A stretch of 64,000 nucleotides of DNA from Squalus acanthias (lineage: Eukaryota): positions 81,282,001-81,346,000 of the forward strand of contig CM059437.1 in NCBI GenBank assembly GCA_030390025.1, given 5' to 3'. The notes beneath the pieces were generated by a model. That model saw only the letters and a list, made by a program, of their open reading frames with translations. It had not been told where the DNA came from and did no database searches. The position numbers and the translations under genes were made by a program. Below are positions 62,601 to 64,000 of the stretch, piece by piece (the first letter of the stretch is position 1; every line of letters begins with the position of its first letter).

Positions 62601-63622
62601 CACCCCACGCTCTGGTGCAAGTGCACCTGCACCACTGATGTACAGGGATATAATTATTTTTCCATTATAAAGAAAGAAAGAGCTTGCGTTCTTTTGAAGG
62701 GCAGTCACTTGTTTTGTAGGCAAACGCAGCCGCTAATTTGCGCACAGCAAGGTCCCATAAACCGCAAATGAGATAAATGACCAGTTAATCTGTTTTGGTT
62801 GTTTTCGTTGAGGTTGGCCAGGACTTGGGGACATCTGCTCTTCTTCGAACGGTGCCATGCAACCACTCAGACAGAAGAGGCCTCAGTTTAAGAGTAAAAA
62901 CAGCATGGACGGCACTACAGCACTCCCTTGTTACTGCACTGACATGTGGGCCTAGCTTATGTGGTCAAGTGCTGAAGTCCGACTTGAAATCACAAACATC
63001 TGACTCAGAGGCAAGAGTGCTACCGCTGAGCAATGCTGACAATTATCGCAAAATCTGGGCTATTATCTATTTGCTATATTGACATATGATTGCATTCCGG
63101 AACTTTATTCTCAAGCAATATAGAGTGTGGGGGATGGGTTCAATCCTGAGTATACCCATACCCCACATCAATCCTCACAATGTCAGTATTGAGTTATCTC
63201 ACAGAACCCACCCTATCAAGGGAGTGTTTTTTGTTGATCAGAAGTCAACTCAATTGCAGCATGCTGGAACTGTGATTTATGATCCTAGAACTCTGACAGT
63301 ATCCTGCAACTCAGAGTTCACTTGTATTTCCCACACACCAGCATTGTTTACATTTTTCATATGCTGTATGCAGCGCTCTCCATCAATCTAGACATAGCCT
63401 CCAATGCCTGCTCCACAACTCTCCCATCTACCATAGCCGTTGATACCTGTTGCATTTCCCCCCACCCCCCGCCGCCCTCCAGCCCCACCCTCAGCTAACT
63501 TCTGGAAGCACTGGACTCCCTTACCATAATTTTCTGATGCGCTCTCTCCATCCTCCATTAAACTCTTTCTTCTGTCACTTCTGCGCATTTTCTCCTTCAA
63601 GAGCTTTGCAAACTGCGTGTGC
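35354..63622 (-). CDS. Clustered mitochondria protein homolog-like (CLUH family; CLU-central and TPR region), 3' 16 exons; 5' part lies beyond the window; one exon carries a +1 frameshift
   Basis: Exon peptides align in order with the recalled CLUH C-terminal half ([82 protein letters not shown]). Divergence and TFIP11 synteny suggest a paralog. Confidence 0.9.
35683..36137 (-). mobile_element. DeuSINE (SacSINE1-like), full length
   Basis: tRNA head (A box TGGCTCAGTTGG, B box GGTTCAAGTCC), Deu-like core AAAAGATCCCATGGCACTATT, L2-type tail. Confidence 0.85.
37522..37595 (-). CDS. CLUH-like exon
   Basis: [24 protein letters not shown](R). Confidence 0.9.
37655..39985 (+). mobile_element. L2-like LINE (RT fragment) interrupted by two CR1 insertions
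   Basis: [14 protein letters not shown] and YADDTQLY at 37.7-37.9 kb; resumes at ~39301; second CR1 tail at ~39690-39815; (GTT)n end. Confidence 0.9.
38181..39303 (-). mobile_element. CR1 LINE, 5'-truncated, uninterrupted 290-aa ORF2 C-terminus, nested in an L2
   Basis: ORF 38412-39284; same family as 19146-20475; interrupts the L2 sequence. Confidence 0.95.
40224..40358 (-). CDS. CLUH-like exon
   Basis: [45 protein letters not shown]. Confidence 0.94.
40687..40824. mobile_element. hAT-type MITE
   Basis: TIR CAATGTTCCC / GGGACATTG; 8-bp TSD TTAACAAC / CTAACAAC. Confidence 0.75.
41500..41593 (-). CDS. CLUH-like exon (TPR)
   Basis: [31 protein letters not shown]. Confidence 0.94.
42700..42940 (-). 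mobile_element. LF-SINE-like ancient SINE
   Basis: Minus strand CCTTTTATCTCTGGGACCCAAGTTCAAATCCAGCCCAG...GTGGTCACAGTCTAGTTCCTGGTGG resembles the recalled LF-SINE consensus; a head fragment also lies at ~17745-17850. Confidence 0.55.
43146..43267 (-). CDS. CLUH-like exon (TPR)
   Basis: [40 protein letters not shown](S). Confidence 0.94.
43645..44590 (+). mobile_element. Degenerate L2-like LINE 3' part
   Basis: YAD motif region, [14 protein letters not shown], and tail AAGGTGCTATTTAAATGCAAGT. Confidence 0.8.
44767..44892 (-). CDS. CLUH-like exon (TPR)
   Basis: [42 protein letters not shown]. Confidence 0.95.
45970..46050 (-). CDS. CLUH-like exon (TPR)
   Basis: [27 protein letters not shown]. 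Confidence 0.95.
46439..46612. mobile_element. Penelope-like fold-back terminus
   Basis: Inverted arms at 46478-46525 and 46563-46613; 12-bp TSD ATTAAAGAACCA. Confidence 0.75.
46738..47778 (+). mobile_element. Candidate solo LTR (~1.04 kb)
   Basis: Termini TGTTGTAA...TTCACAACG (inverted, degenerate); TATAAAA at 47089; AATAAA at 47384; flanks TACA / TACT. Confidence 0.5.
48316..48730 (+). mobile_element. Penelope-like fragment with inverted 5' copy of its terminus
   Basis: 14-bp TSD AAGGATCATTTCAT (48302-48315 / 48731-48744); same family as 30624-30886. Confidence 0.75.
48917..49056 (-). CDS. CLUH-like exon (TPR)
   Basis: [46 protein letters not shown]. Confidence 0.95.
50357..50510 (-). 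CDS. CLUH-like exon
   Basis: [30 protein letters not shown]...AQTKIQK(G). Confidence 0.95.
52259..52698 (+). mobile_element. DeuSINE (SacSINE1-like), full length
   Basis: A/B boxes, Deu-like core and L2-type tail, as at 35683. Confidence 0.85.
53064..53148 (-). CDS. CLUH-like exon
   Basis: (C)[28 protein letters not shown]. Confidence 0.93.
53862..54100 (-). CDS. CLUH-like exon
   Basis: [40 protein letters not shown]...[15 protein letters not shown]. Confidence 0.94.
54208..54670 (+). mobile_element. DeuSINE (SacSINE1-like), full length
   Basis: A/B boxes, Deu-like core and L2-type tail, as at 35683. Confidence 0.85.
55385..55562. mobile_element. hAT-type MITE, same family as 40687
   Basis: TIR CCAATGTTCC / GGAACATTGG; internal similarity to the 40687 copy; TSD not evident. 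Confidence 0.75.
55604..55667 (-). CDS. CLUH-like exon, 64 nt, with an apparent 1-nt insertion
   Basis: [11 protein letters not shown][+G][10 protein letters not shown]; flanking exons are both phase 0, so 63 nt is expected. Confidence 0.85.
56481..56633 (-). CDS. CLUH-like exon
   Basis: [34 protein letters not shown]...LDHIL. Confidence 0.93.
57234..57334 (-). CDS. CLUH-like exon
   Basis: (D)[33 protein letters not shown]. Confidence 0.92.
58200..59168 (+). mobile_element. Degenerate L2-like LINE with nested CR1 3' tail (~58556-58692)
   Basis: Similarity to the other L2 copies; insert GATCAGCCGTGATCTTATTGAATGG...CCTACTCCTGCTCCTA. Confidence 0.8.
60129..60233 (-). CDS. CLUH-like exon
   Basis: [34 protein letters not shown]. 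Confidence 0.92.
60624..60843. mobile_element. hAT-type MITE
   Basis: TIR TAGGGTTTCCCA / TGGCAACCCTA; 8-bp TSD GGTGTGCC / CGTGTGCC. Confidence 0.75.
61300..62170 (+). pseudogene. Decayed PIF/Harbinger (HARBI1-like, DDE_Tnp_4) transposase
   Basis: [16 protein letters not shown]...[10 protein letters not shown] (from 61456), LECDH...[17 protein letters not shown] and [20 protein letters not shown], with stops and frameshifts. Confidence 0.7.
62680..63040 (-). mobile_element. Degenerate DeuSINE copy
   Basis: Similarity to the 35683 copy; further partial copies at ~5500-5672, ~42400-42650 and ~36685-36830. Confidence 0.7.
63525..63622 (-). CDS. CLUH-like exon
   Basis: [32 protein letters not shown]; TTTAG acceptor, GTAAG donor; phase fits the next exon; low similarity. 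Confidence 0.7.
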
Positions 63623-64000
63623 CTAAAGTATGAAAAACAGCCGAACGGAACACGAGCAGAGATGGTAAGTTGGTGGTTAGCAGCAGCAGCACTGTCAATA
63701 TTACAGAACACGGGCTTCCTACTGTACGTTCAAGAAACAAAAACTGTCCTGTTGGGAGATATCATTTCAAAATCTAGACGGATTTGGCGCACCGACGTTG
63801 CAAAGCGATGAACTGCGCAGTAACAGGTCTCTCAAATATATCTGCACGTGGCACATCTCCATTTGTCCCTGCACCTGTAGAAAATGCCAAGTAGAGGATG
63901 GGCGCTCTGCACCAGGTGATGAGGTGGGAACCAGAGGTCAAGTCTCCTGGTCTACACACGGCATCTCATGGCTTTGGCAGAGGCCTGGGAGCAGGTTACC

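Overview
Vertebrate genomic DNA. The repeat complement (DeuSINE/SacSINE-like, HE1/V-SINE-like, CR1, L2, Penelope) suggests a cartilaginous fish. Three spliced genes were reconstructed by hand from splice sites and reading phase. (1) TFIP11, minus strand: 12 coding exons at 3764-22390, 830 aa, plus a probable non-coding exon 1 in a CpG island at ~26.5 kb. (2) SRRD, plus strand: 7 coding exons at 27125-33190, 311 aa, head-to-head with TFIP11, with a last intron that carries U12-type (minor spliceosome) signals. (3) The 3' part of a CLUH-like gene, minus strand: 16 exons at 35354-63622, with a +1 frameshift in one otherwise conserved exon. TFIP11 intron 1 holds a 2.6-kb G-rich compound minisatellite (27-bp and 39-bp units) full of CACAGTG heptamers, apparently seeded inside an old SINE. 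Several Penelope-like termini carry minimal hammerhead-ribozyme motifs, one in sense orientation inside the SRRD minor intron. The rest is typical repeat content: nested LINEs, hAT MITEs, a Harbinger transposase relic and a candidate solo LTR. No prokaryotic-type system or CRISPR array is present. Homology statements rest on recalled sequences, not on database searches.
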